A stretch of DNA of 39,586 bases from Escherichia phage vB_EcoP_LNA3, in the sequence record MZ311862.1, one strand, 5' to 3'. The notes beneath the pieces were generated by a model. The model did no database searches. It had not been told where the DNA came from and saw only the letters and a program-made list of their open reading frames with translations. A program made the position numbers and the translations under genes. Of the stretch, positions 9,896-18,684 are shown one piece after another; position 1 is the stretch's first letter; each line of letters starts with the position of its first letter.

Positions 9896-12800
9896 ATGTC
9901 CACGATTACACAATTCCCTTCAGGAAACACTCAGTACAGGATTGAGTTCGACTACCTAGCCAGAACGTTTGTTGTTGTTACGCTGGTGAATAGCTCTAAC
10001 CCTACCATGAACCGTGTACTGGAAGTTGGTCGAGATTACCGATTCCTTAATCCAACGATGATTGAGATGTTGGTTGACCAATCAGGTTTCGACATCGTTC
10101 GCATTCACCGTCAGACTGGAACTGACTTAGTGGTAGACTTCAGGAATGGCTCAGTGTTGACAGCTAGTGACCTGACAAATTCAGAGCTTCAGGCTATCCA
10201 TATTGCAGAAGAAGGTCGAGACCAAACGGTTGACTTAGCGAAGGAATATGCCGATGCTGCTGGTAGCTCTGCTGGCAACGCTAAGGATAGCGAGGACGAA
10301 GCACGCCGAATCGCTGCGAGTATCAGGGAAGCTGGTCTAATTGGCTATATTACCCGTCGCTCCTTCGAGAAAGGCTACAACGTTACAACATGGAGCGAGG
10401 TCCTGCTATGGGAAGAGGATGGTGATTATTACCGCTGGGATGGTACGCTTCCAAAGAACGTTCCTGCTGGTTCAACTCCTGAAACTTCCGGTGGGATTGG
10501 ATTAGGTGCGTGGGTTAGTGTTGGTGATGCTGCTTTAAGGAGTCAGATTTCAAACCCGGAAGGGGCAATACTCTACCCTGAATTACATAGAGCACGCTGG
10601 CTTGATGAAAAAGATGTTCGTGGTTGGGGTGCTAAAGGGGATGGTGTCACTGATGATACAGCAGCGTTAACGAGAGCATTAAACGACACACCGGTTGGAC
10701 AAAGGATTAATGGCAATGGGAAGACATATAAGGTCACATCCCTGCCTGACATTAGTCGCTTCATCGACACTCGTTTCGTTTATGAGCGCATTCCCGGACA
10801 ACCTCTTTATTATGCCTCTGAAGGATTTGTTCAGGGTGAGCTGTTCAAAATAACGGACACCCCTTATTACAATGCGTGGCCTCAAGATAAAGCCTTTGTA
10901 TACGAGAACGTAATCTACGCACCTTATATGGGTAGTGACCGTCACGGTGTTAGCCGTCTCCATGTGTCATGGGTTAAGTCTGGTGACGATGGTCAAACAT
11001 GGTCTACTCCAGAGTGGCTTACCGACTTGCACCCAGAGTATCCTACAGTGAACTATCATTGTATGAGTATGGGTGTATGTCGCAACCGTCTGTTTGCCAT
11101 GATTGAAACACGTACTTTAGCCAATAACGCATTAACCAATTGTGCATTGTGGGATCGCCCCATGTCTCGTAGCCTGCATCTTACTGGTGGTATCACTAAA
11201 GCTGCAAATCAGCGATATGCAACAATACATGTACCAGACCACGGACTATTCGTGGGTGATTTTGTTAACTTCTCTAATTCTGCGGTAACAGGTGTATCCG
11301 GTGATATGACTGTTGCAACCGTAATAGATAAGGACAACTTCACGGTTCTTACACCAAACCAGCAGACTTCAGATTTGAATAACGCTGGAAAGAATTGGCA
11401 CATGGGTACTTCTTTCCATAAGTCTCCATGGCGTAAGACAGATCTTGGTCTAATCCCTCGTGTCACAGAGGTGCATAGCTTTGCTACTATTGATAACAAT
11501 GGCTTTGTTATGGGCTATCATCAAGGTGATGTAGCTCCACGAGAAGTTGGGCTTTTCTACTTCCCTGATGCTTTCAATAGCCCATCTAATTATGTTCGTC
11601 GTCAGATACCATCTGAGTATGAACCAGATGCGGCAGAGCCGTGCATCAAGTACTATGACGGTGTATTATACCTTATCACTCGTGGCACTCGTGGGGATAG
11701 ACTAGGTAGCTCTTTGCATCGTAGTAGAGACATAGGTCAGACTTGGGAGTCACTGAGATTTCCACATAATGTTCATCATACTACATTACCTTTTGCTAAA
11801 GTAGGGGATGACCTTATTATGTTTGGTTCAGAACGTGCAGAAAATGAATGGGAAGCATGTGCACCAGATGATCGTTACAAGGCATCTTATCCTCGCACCT
11901 TCTATGCACGCTTGAATGTAAACAATTGGAATGCAGATGATATTGAATGGGTTAACATCACTGACCAGATTTATCAGGGCGGAATAGTTAACTCAGGTGT
12001 AGGCGTTGGTTCGGTAGTTGTGAAGGATAATTACATCTACTACATGTTTGGTGGAGAAGACCATTTTAACCCATGGACATATGGAGATAACTCAGCGAAG
12101 GATCCATTCAAATCAGATGGTCATCCCTCAGATTTGTATTGCTACAAACTGAAGATTGGCCCAGACAATCGTGTTTCCAGGGATTTCAGGTATGGTGCTG
12201 TACCTAACAGAGCTGTTCCAGTGTTTTTTGATACGAATGGGATTCGCACTGTTCCTGCGCCAATGGAATTTACAGGGGATTTGGGTTTAGGTCATGTGAC
12301 CATTAGAGCCAGCACCAGTAGTAACATTCGCTCTGAAGTTTTAATGGAAGGTGAATATGGGTTTATCGGGAAATCTATACCGACTGATAACCCGGCAGGG
12401 CAGCGCATCATATTTTGCGGGGGTGAAGGCACCAGTTCAACGACTGGCGCACAGATTACGCTTTATGGTGCAAATAACACCGACTCAAGGCGAATAGTTT
12501 ACAACGGGGATGAGCATCTATTTCAGAGTGCTGATGTTAAGCCTTATAACGATAACGTCACTGCGCTTGGTGGGCCTAGCAACCGTTTCACCACCGCATA
12601 CCTCGGAAGTAACCCTATTGTTACTTCTAACGGGGAGAAGAAAACAGAGCCGGTAGTTTTTGATGATGCTTTCCTGGATGCCTGGGGTGACGTTCGCTAC
12701 ATCATGTACCAGTGGTTAGATGCTGTTCAACTGAAAGGCAATGATGCTCGTATTCACTTCGGGGTTATTGCTCAGCAAATTCGTGATGTATTCATTGCAC

Positions 12801-13090
12801 ATGGTCTGATGGACGAAAACAGTACGAATTGTCGTTATGCTGTTCTGTGCTATGACAAGTATCCACGGATGACCGATACGGTATTTTCGCACAATGAAAT
12901 CATTGAACACACTGACGAGGAGGGTAATGTCACTACTACGGAAGAACCTGTGTACACCGAGGTGGTTATTCACGAAGAGGGTGAGGAGTGGGGTGTTCGG
13001 CCTGACGGAATTTTCTTTGCTGAAGCCGCTTATCAGAGAAGAAAACTGGAAAGAATCGAAGCCAGACTTTCTGCTCTTGAACAGAAGTAA
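9896..13090 (+). CDS. tail spike: T7 gp17-like N-terminal adaptor fused to an endosialidase (endo-N-acetylneuraminidase) with a C-terminal intramolecular chaperone domain
   Basis: 1064 aa. N-terminus (FDYLARTFVVVTL) is like the T7 tail fibre N-terminus; the rest matches my memory of the K1F endosialidase, including Ser/Lys at positions 911/916 (SNGEKK) at the start of the last 154 residues. Confidence 0.85.
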   Translation: MSTITQFPSGNTQYRIEFDYLARTFVVVTLVNSSNPTMNRVLEVGRDYRFLNPTMIEMLVDQSGFDIVRIHRQTGTDLVVDFRNGSVLTASDLTNSELQAIHIAEEGRDQTVDLAKEYADAAGSSAGNAKDSEDEARRIAASIREAGLIGYITRRSFEKGYNVTTWSEVLLWEEDGDYYRWDGTLPKNVPAGSTPETSGGIGLGAWVSVGDAALRSQISNPEGAILYPELHRARWLDEKDVRGWGAKGDGVTDDTAALTRALNDTPVGQRINGNGKTYKVTSLPDISRFIDTRFVYERIPGQPLYYASEGFVQGELFKITDTPYYNAWPQDKAFVYENVIYAPYMGSDRHGVSRLHVSWVKSGDDGQTWSTPEWLTDLHPEYPTVNYHCMSMGVCRNRLFAMIETRTLANNALTNCALWDRPMSRSLHLTGGITKAANQRYATIHVPDHGLFVGDFVNFSNSAVTGVSGDMTVATVIDKDNFTVLTPNQQTSDLNNAGKNWHMGTSFHKSPWRKTDLGLIPRVTEVHSFATIDNNGFVMGYHQGDVAPREVGLFYFPDAFNSPSNYVRRQIPSEYEPDAAEPCIKYYDGVLYLITRGTRGDRLGSSLHRSRDIGQTWESLRFPHNVHHTTLPFAKVGDDLIMFGSERAENEWEACAPDDRYKASYPRTFYARLNVNNWNADDIEWVNITDQIYQGGIVNSGVGVGSVVVKDNYIYYMFGGEDHFNPWTYGDNSAKDPFKSDGHPSDLYCYKLKIGPDNRVSRDFRYGAVPNRAVPVFFDTNGIRTVPAPMEFTGDLGLGHVTIRASTSSNIRSEVLMEGEYGFIGKSIPTDNPAGQRIIFCGGEGTSSTTGAQITLYGANNTDSRRIVYNGDEHLFQSADVKPYNDNVTALGGPSNRFTTAYLGSNPIVTSNGEKKTEPVVFDDAFLDAWGDVRYIMYQWLDAVQLKGNDARIHFGVIAQQIRDVFIAHGLMDENSTNCRYAVLCYDKYPRMTDTVFSHNEIIEHTDEEGNVTTTEEPVYTEVVIHEEGEEWGVRPDGIFFAEAAYQRRKLERIEARLSALEQK

Positions 13091-13222
13091 TAAACAAAAC
13101 CCTTTTGCCATTAAGTTGGTGGGTAGATGTTAGAAGGTTGCAGAGGTAGAGGCTAACTACACTCTAACCAACGTATGTAACAACTTTGGGTCACGGACGA
13201 CCTGCTTTAAACTGGAGGTTTT

Positions 13223-13417
13223 ATGATTGAGTTAGACTTCAAGAATGAGGTCCTTAAAGCCTCTCCTATCGTCGGGACCGCTGCGGCTGATGGTGCCAGT
13301 CGGTTCTTCTTTGGACTCACACTGAACGAATGGTTCTACGTTGCGGCTATCGCGTACACCGTTGTCCAAATTGGTGTGCTGGTCTACAAAACGATTAAAG
13401 GAGGTGGTAAAACATGA
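13223..13417 (+). CDS. holin (gp17.5)
   Basis: 64 aa, MIELDFKNEVLKASPIVGT...LNEWFYVAAIAYTVVQIG closely matches T7 gp17.5. Confidence 0.85.
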   Translation: MIELDFKNEVLKASPIVGTAAADGASRFFFGLTLNEWFYVAAIAYTVVQIGVLVYKTIKGGGKT

Positions 13418-13677
13418 CGCAGATGGACTTAGAGAAGTTCCTATTGATGCTGGATACTGAACGTGCTCGACTCATGCTGCAAGACTTACGTGACGACTCT
13501 AAGCGTTCACCTCAGCTCTACAACGCCATTGAGAAGCTGCTTGCTCGTCACAACTTTGTGTTAAGTAAGGTGTCTGTGGACGAGAAGACGCTGGCTGATA
13601 TGGAGGCCCTGAACGCAGAGTACGATAAGGTGCTTTCAGCGACTGAGGATAATGACACAGGGTATGGTGTTCAATAA
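13414..13677 (+). CDS. terminase small subunit (gp18)
   Basis: 87 aa with the conserved RSPQLYNAIEKLLARH motif; start overlaps the holin stop (ATGA). Confidence 0.85.
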   Translation: MTQMDLEKFLLMLDTERARLMLQDLRDDSKRSPQLYNAIEKLLARHNFVLSKVSVDEKTLADMEALNAEYDKVLSATEDNDTGYGVQ

Positions 13678-13682
13678 GTGTT

Positions 13683-13726
13683 AGACTCAAGGTCATTACT
13701 ATATGTAGTGGCCTTTATGGTTAACA
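13683..13726 (+). ncRNA. conserved hairpin element, candidate RNase III site (T7 R18.5 position)
   Basis: TAGACTCAAGGTCAT-loop-GTGGCCTTTATGGTTAAC; the AAGGTCAT/GTGGCCTT stem recurs at 22245 and 29603 with different loops. Confidence 0.45.
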
Positions 13727-13778
13727 CTAACTAGTGGAGGCGACTCTGCGTGAAATCTGATAAACCGGGAGGGCAACT

Positions 13779-14228
13779 ATGCTCGAATTTTTAAAGAGAG
13801 CGGCTCCGTGGTTACTTGCAGCAGTGATGTTTGCTGGTGGCTACCACACCGCTAACAATAAGTGGGAGGCTAAGGTCAATGCAGAATACACCTCGAATCT
13901 TAAGGCATCGGAAGATACAAGGCTTGCTGTCCAAGCTGAAGTCAACAAAGTGTCAAAACGGTTTCAGGACGAAATGTCCTCGCTGGAAGGCAGCACTGAT
14001 AGGATTATTGCTGACCTTCAGTCTGACAATAAGCGGCTGCGCATCCGAGTCAAACCAACGAGTGGAACCACGCAAAGTGACGGTCGATGCGTCATTGATG
14101 GTTACGCCGAACTTGACGAACGAGATGCTAAACGTCTTATCGCCATCGGAGTGAAAGGAGACAAGTGGATTAAGGCCCTTCAGGACACTGTGAGAGCCTT
14201 GCAGCAAGATAAGGAGGTGACGCATTGA
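13779..14228 (+). CDS. i-spanin (Rz-like, gp18.5)
   Basis: 149 aa with N-terminal membrane anchor ([12 protein letters not shown]), after gp18 as in T7. Confidence 0.8.
   Translation: MLEFLKRAAPWLLAAVMFAGGYHTANNKWEAKVNAEYTSNLKASEDTRLAVQAEVNKVSKRFQDEMSSLEGSTDRIIADLQSDNKRLRIRVKPTSGTTQSDGRCVIDGYAELDERDAKRLIAIGVKGDKWIKALQDTVRALQQDKEVTH
13879..14154 (+). CDS. o-spanin (Rz1-like lipoprotein, gp18.7), embedded in +1 frame within 18.5
   Basis: Embedded ORF with signal peptide and lipobox ([16 protein letters not shown]), similar to T7 gp18.7; GGGAGG 9 nt upstream of the chosen ATG. Confidence 0.6.
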   Translation: MQNTPRILRHRKIQGLLSKLKSTKCQNGFRTKCPRWKAALIGLLLTFSLTISGCASESNQRVEPRKVTVDASLMVTPNLTNEMLNVLSPSE

Positions 14229-15988
14229 GTAAAGATTTAGTGGCGCGTCAGGCGCTAATGACTGCCCGTATGAAGGCAGACTTCGTGTTCTTCCTGTTCG
14301 TCCTGTGGAAAGCTCTGTCACTACCAGTCCCGACTCGCTGTCAGATTGACATGGCGAAGAAACTATCGGCTGGGGACAACAGGCGTTTCATCCTACAGGC
14401 GTTCCGTGGTATCGGGAAGTCATTCATTACGTGCGCATTCGTGGTATGGAAACTGTGGAACAACCCAGACTTGAAGTTCATGATTGTGTCGGCCTCAAAG
14501 GAACGAGCCGATGCAAACTCCATCTTCATCAAGCGAATCATCGACCTCATGCCTCAGCTTCGGGAACTCAAACCTAAGCAGGGGCAGCGAGATGCGGTTA
14601 TCAGCTTCGACGTTGGACCAGCCAAGCCAGACCACTCACCTTCGGTTAAGTCAGTTGGTATCACTGGTCAGTTGACTGGTAGTCGTGCTGACATCCTGAT
14701 TGCCGATGACGTGGAGGTTCCGAACAACTCAGCGACTCAGGCTGCCCGAGACCGTCTGTCAGAGCTTGTGAAAGAGTTCGACGCTATCCTGAAGCCGGGA
14801 GGTACAATCATCTATCTGGGTACTCCTCAGAACGAGATGACCTTGTATCGTGAGCTGGAAGGCCGTGGGTACACCACTACTATCTGGCCTGCTCGTTATC
14901 CACGCGACAGGAAGGACTGGCAGTCTTACGGCGACCGTCTGGCTCCAATGCTTCAGGCAGAGCTTGAAGAGGACCCTGAGTCATTCTACTGGCGTCCGAC
15001 TGATGAAGTACGCTTCGATGATACGGACCTTAAGGAACGTGAGCTGTCATATGGTAAGGCTGGCTTCGCTCTACAGTTCATGCTTAACCCGAACCTGAGT
15101 GATGCCGAGAAGTACCCACTGAAGCTCCGTGACCTTATCGTAGCGGACTTGGACCCAGCGTCCAGCCCAATGGTCTACCAATGGTTACCGAACCCTCAGA
15201 ACAAGCGTGAGGACGTTCCTAACGTTGGACTCATGGGTGACTCGTACCACACGTATCAGACTGTAGGTTCTGCCTTCAGCTCATACACCCAGAAGATTCT
15301 GGTCATTGACCCTAGTGGTCGTGGTAAGGATGAAACTGGCTATGCGGTACTGTACCAGCTTAATGGCTACATCTTCGCTATGGAAGTTGGTGGTATGCGT
15401 GGTGGTTATGAAGACTCTACGCTTGAAGCACTGGCTAAGATTGGTCGTAAGTGGAAGGTCAACGAATACGTCATTGAGGGTAACTTCGGTGATGGTATGT
15501 ACCTTGAGCTATTCAAGCCTGTAGCGGCCCGTATCCATCCTGCGGCTGTAACTGAAGTGAAGAGTAAGGGTCAGAAAGAACTCCGCATCTGTGACGTTCT
15601 GGAGCCTATCATGGGGTCTCACCGACTTATCGTTAACGCTGCTGCTATCGTTCAAGACTACCAGTCAGCCTCTGATAAGGATGGTGTTCGTAACCCTATC
15701 TACTCTCTCTTCTACCAGATGACACGTATATCTCGTGAACGTGGAGCCTTGGCACACGATGACCGACTTGATGCTCTGGCTATCGGTGTACAGTTCTTCG
15801 TGGAGTCTATGGCTAAGGATGCCAACAAGGGCGAACGTGAAGTCACTGAGGAGTGGCTGGAGGAACAGATGGAGAACCCACGGAAAGGCTTCGAGTCCAT
15901 CCACACTGAGTTCTGGGACAATGGGGTCCGGGTAACTCATAATACGGACGACGAGCTGGGACTAGGGTCCTACGTTACGTTCCACTAG
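14225..15988 (+). CDS. terminase large subunit (gp19)
   Basis: 587 aa closely matching T7 gp19 ([29 protein letters not shown]...). Apparent TTG start 7 nt after AAGGAGG; an ATG at 14258 is the alternative. Confidence 0.9.
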   Translation: MSKDLVARQALMTARMKADFVFFLFVLWKALSLPVPTRCQIDMAKKLSAGDNRRFILQAFRGIGKSFITCAFVVWKLWNNPDLKFMIVSASKERADANSIFIKRIIDLMPQLRELKPKQGQRDAVISFDVGPAKPDHSPSVKSVGITGQLTGSRADILIADDVEVPNNSATQAARDRLSELVKEFDAILKPGGTIIYLGTPQNEMTLYRELEGRGYTTTIWPARYPRDRKDWQSYGDRLAPMLQAELEEDPESFYWRPTDEVRFDDTDLKERELSYGKAGFALQFMLNPNLSDAEKYPLKLRDLIVADLDPASSPMVYQWLPNPQNKREDVPNVGLMGDSYHTYQTVGSAFSSYTQKILVIDPSGRGKDETGYAVLYQLNGYIFAMEVGGMRGGYEDSTLEALAKIGRKWKVNEYVIEGNFGDGMYLELFKPVAARIHPAAVTEVKSKGQKELRICDVLEPIMGSHRLIVNAAAIVQDYQSASDKDGVRNPIYSLFYQMTRISRERGALAHDDRLDALAIGVQFFVESMAKDANKGEREVTEEWLEEQMENPRKGFESIHTEFWDNGVRVTHNTDDELGLGSYVTFH

Positions 15989-16084
15989 CTGAATGAATAA
16001 CTATAGGCGAAAACTGAATTAATAAGCAGTTAGTAACCTATAGTTACTACCAGTCTAACCTACTGTTTTACAAGGAGTTTGGAC

Positions 16085-16103
16085 TTAACTATCACTATAG
16101 GGA
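16085..16103 (+). promoter_or_regulatory. phage RNA polymerase promoter (phiOR position)
   Basis: TTAACTATCACTATAGGGA downstream of gene 19, before the right-end region. Confidence 0.75.
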
Positions 16104-16279
16104 AGACCCCCGGTTACTTATAGTATTACTGTAGTGAATATACATATGCAGACTTTATGCAAGACCTTAGGAGGCAGACTCCGAGTTCTTACCTAAGGCT
16201 TGCACCGATGGAAGGAGGGTGATATTAATCATCACACCCTCATAACTTAAGTAGACCCAAGAGACAGGAGGTATGTAGC

Positions 16280-16438
16280 ATGGGTAAGACCAAGGCTGTT
16301 CTTAAAGCTCTGGCGACCAATAGAGCTACGTACAGGTTTCTTGCTGCTGTTCTACTTGCTGCTGGCGTTACTGCTGGAAGTCAGTGGGTCTGGTGGGTCG
16401 AGACTCTCGTATGTACTCTGGTGTCTGAGTGTCATTAA
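16280..16438 (+). CDS. small hydrophobic protein (gene 19.5 position)
   Basis: 52-aa ORF (MGKTKAVLKALATNRATYRFLAAVLLAAGVTAGSQWVWWVETLV...) with AGGAGG 6 nt upstream; below the ORF-track cutoff. Confidence 0.45.
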   Translation: MGKTKAVLKALATNRATYRFLAAVLLAAGVTAGSQWVWWVETLVCTLVSECH

Positions 16439-16676
16439 CGCCATCATGGTAACAATCAACGAAAGCAAGACCTAAGGTCAGTTCATAGCTGACGCTACTC
16501 TACTGACCTTAGCTACTGTAGTCAAGGACTTTAGGTAACACCTTAAGAGAAGCTCACTTAGGGTCATCCTACTTATTGGTCTATCCTAGTGTCGCCTGAC
16601 CTACGGTCCTTGACCTACAGTGGCTGTGGCCTACAGTAGTGACGATGAGTTTTGGACCAAAAGTTTGAGACCACAT

Positions 16677-16853
16677 CTCACAGTTCAAGAACCTCAAGTC
16701 TCCCCATAGGCCCTCTTTCAGTCAGACCAAAGGCCCTACCCCAGTCTATCATAAGGCTGGACCGATGGTCAAGACTTCAGGTCAACGATAGGTGGTGACT
16801 ATGGCTTAGGGAAGGACGATAGGTGGTGACTATAGGTCTGTCTTTGAGTCTCT
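16677..16853 (+). repeat. predicted terminal-repeat region; genome left end predicted at about 16677
   Basis: TCTCACAGTT...ACCTCAAGTCTCCCCATAGG parallels the remembered T7 left terminus TCTCACAGTG...ACCTAAAGTTCCCCCATAGG; ...GTCTTTGAGTCTCTATCTGT parallels the end of the T7 repeat. Boundaries approximate (about +/-30 bp). Confidence 0.5.
16785..16833 (+). repeat. 18-bp direct repeat ACGATAGGTGGTGACTAT, two copies
   Basis: Exact copies at 16785..16802 and 16816..16833, 31 bp apart, inside the predicted terminal repeat. Confidence 0.7.
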
Positions 16854-16870
16854 ATCTGTATCAGACCATA

Positions 16871-16950
16871 AGTCACTAACCTACAGTCTCACTAACCTAC
16901 AGTCTCACTAACCTACAGTCTCACTAACCTACAGTCTCACTAACCTACAG
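16871..16950 (+). repeat. tandem array of 16-bp units TCTCACTAACCTACAG (four perfect copies plus one near-copy)
   Basis: Perfect units at 16887, 16903, 16919 and 16935; degenerate CCTACAG-containing units continue to about 16995 and also occur at 16600..16640. Confidence 0.9.
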
Positions 16951-17103
16951 TCTCAACCATAAGACACCAACACCTACAGTCATAGACCTACAGTTACTAG
17001 ACACAAAGCTATAGACTTAAGGTCAAAGACATGTTAGTCAAAGACTATATCCTATTACACCATGGGGCCGACGATAGCTTAATCAATATTATTTCAAATT
17101 ACC

Positions 17104-17132
17104 TATTGACTATAGGTCTAGACTATGGCTTA
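17104..17132 (+). promoter_or_regulatory. host sigma70-type early promoter (T7 A1-like)
   Basis: TTGACT, 17-bp spacer, CTTAAT; the TTGACT-ATAGG context resembles the remembered T7 A1 promoter. Confidence 0.5.
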
Positions 17133-17246
17133 ATAGCTTCCGTCAACACGACACGGCAACAACCGGATAGTGAAGACGCCTGGTCATCCCGGTTAAGTAG
17201 ACAGCCTGATAAGTCATACGAACAACAGGCAGATGACAGAAAGTAG

Positions 17247-17275
17247 TTGACAAGAAGTAAGACTTAAAGTAGTAT
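17247..17275 (+). promoter_or_regulatory. host sigma70-type early promoter (T7 A2/A3-like)
   Basis: TTGACA, 17-bp spacer, TAGTAT. Confidence 0.5.
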
Positions 17276-17429
17276 GTACCACATCAACACGAAACAACGG
17301 TGAAGCCTAACACTGAAACAGGCTAGCACGGCGACGACAGCCAGTGCGAATGCTCTTTAACAATCTGGATAACTCTTAATGTGCGCCGATAGCGACTAAC
17401 TACATGGCCTTTAGTCTACATCTGAAGGC

Positions 17430-17449
17430 CCTGACTGATAGTCACTAAC
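17430..17449 (+). repeat. 20-bp conserved element CCTGACTGATAGTCACTAAC, copy 1
   Basis: Identical copy at 17747..17766; each lies about 15-30 bp upstream of a gene start. Copy 1 follows a GGCCTT/AAGGCC hairpin (17407..17428). Confidence 0.7.
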
Positions 17450-17465
17450 TTAACGGATGGACACT

Positions 17466-17711
17466 ATGAAACACTTAAGCACAATCACTAATCGCAATGA
17501 AGTATTCGTGAACACTAAAGGTTATGCGTGGATTCAGCTTAAAGAGATGAGAGGAGCGCGTCACCGTGTGGTAGTTCGCAAGGTATCAAGCAAGCCGTTC
17601 AGCAACTACAGCGTAGATACTATGCGTATAGACAACGAGACTTACCTGATAGACTCGCAGATAACCGTGCGTCCTACAGCGGGCATCTCAGCTCCTTATT
17701 TCGCTAACTGA
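17466..17711 (+). CDS. hypothetical early protein upstream of the Ocr-like gene
   Basis: 81 aa from ATG 17466 (84 aa from ATG 17457); first ORF after the early promoters; no similarity I recognise. Confidence 0.5.
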   Translation: MKHLSTITNRNEVFVNTKGYAWIQLKEMRGARHRVVVRKVSSKPFSNYSVDTMRIDNETYLIDSQITVRPTAGISAPYFAN

Positions 17712-17746
17712 GAGTGATTAACTACAGGTCGTTAGACTGATAGCGG

Positions 17747-17766
17747 CCTGACTGATAGTCACTAAC
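17747..17766 (+). repeat. 20-bp conserved element CCTGACTGATAGTCACTAAC, copy 2
   Basis: Exact repeat of 17430..17449, just upstream of the Ocr-like gene. Confidence 0.7.
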
Positions 17767-17794
17767 ACATAATTAACTTTGAGAGGATATAACT

Positions 17795-18298
17795 ATGGAA
17801 CGTAATGCTAACGCATACTATGAGCTGCTGGCTGCAACCGTTGAGGCATTTATCGAGCGTATTCAGTACGACCACCTGACTCAAGATGATGACTACAGCG
17901 ATGCGCTGCATGAGGTCGTAGACGGTCAGGTTCCCCACTATTACCACGAGATTTTTACGGTGATGGCTGCTGATGGTATAGACCACGAGTTCGAAGACTC
18001 TGGGATGATGCCTGAAACCAAGGACGTAACGCGTATACTACAAGCTCGCATCTATGAGGCGCTTTATAACGATGTGTCTAATAGCTTGGATGTAGTCTGG
18101 TTTGAGGCTGAAGAGGCAGACGAAGAGGATGAATATTGGGTAGTTGACGCTAAAACAGGCGCAATAATTGTGCAAGCTGTAGCTCTTGAGGTCGCTACTG
18201 CATGTGCCAAGGTCAACTATGCAATAGGTCGCCACCTGAAGGTGGAAGACATCAATGATAACGTAGTGTTCGACCCTGCGGCTGAGGACTGCGAGTGA
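17795..18298 (+). CDS. ocr: Ocr-like anti-restriction protein (gene 0.3 homologue) with C-terminal extension
   Basis: [45 protein letters not shown] matches the T7 Ocr core; 167 aa versus 117 in T7. Confidence 0.8.
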   Translation: MERNANAYYELLAATVEAFIERIQYDHLTQDDDYSDALHEVVDGQVPHYYHEIFTVMAADGIDHEFEDSGMMPETKDVTRILQARIYEALYNDVSNSLDVVWFEAEEADEEDEYWVVDAKTGAIIVQAVALEVATACAKVNYAIGRHLKVEDINDNVVFDPAAEDCE

Positions 18299-18447
18299 TG
18301 GTAACTTATGGTCTCTGCCAGCACCACGTCGCCAACGCCCGGCTTATGGTCAAGACCGGGCGGTTAACCCATGATGAGACTATGCGTATCCTGAAGGTGG
18401 TCTACAAGCGCCGCAAGCGCATACACGACAGTTTGCACGCTGAGTGA
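18298..18447 (+). CDS. small basic hypothetical protein (gene 0.4 position)
   Basis: 49-aa ORF coupled to the Ocr-like gene by a TGATG overlap; below the ORF-track cutoff. Confidence 0.4.
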   Translation: MVTYGLCQHHVANARLMVKTGRLTHDETMRILKVVYKRRKRIHDSLHAE

Positions 18448-18513
18448 TAAACGAGAGGTCACGACTGATAGGTGGCCTCAAAGATTACCACTTACATTGA
18501 TAGGAGAATTACT

Positions 18514-18681
18514 ATGAAATTTACAATCATCGCACTTTACGTAACCATTATTCTATCTTGGCTTACTGCGGTGCTCACTGATGGTAACGCATTACGACTG
18601 GGCTGGCTGGCAGTGGACATTATATTCTCTCCGGTAGGTGTCGTGCGCGGTATCTTGATGTGGATTGGACTGGCAGGATAA
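18514..18681 (+). CDS. small membrane protein (hypothetical)
   Basis: 55 aa with two hydrophobic segments; TAGGAG 5 nt upstream of ATG 18514 (the track's 18472 start lacks a Shine-Dalgarno). Confidence 0.5.
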   Translation: MKFTIIALYVTIILSWLTAVLTDGNALRLGWLAVDIIFSPVGVVRGILMWIGLAG

Positions 18682-18684
18682 ACT

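Noticed and set aside
12894-13133. 79-aa + strand ORF overlapping the 3' end of the tail spike gene
   Set aside because: Alternative frame of the chaperone-domain coding region with no Shine-Dalgarno; the region to 13222 is better read as a 3' UTR.
16871-16950. Tandem 16-bp repeat array considered as a possible CRISPR array
   Set aside because: Units are directly adjacent with no spacers, only 16 bp long, and sit at the position of the T7 terminal-region repeats.
17104-17122. TTGACTATAGGTCTAGACT considered as a degenerate phage promoter (phiOL equivalent)
   Set aside because: Shares only the ACTATAGG core and lacks the conserved CTATCAC upstream half; better explained as the -35 region of a host promoter. 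No convincing phiOL copy was found.
17031-17246. 71-aa + strand ORF in the early promoter region
   Set aside because: No Shine-Dalgarno, and it spans the A1-like promoter (17104..17132) and ends at the second promoter; T7 has only promoters here.
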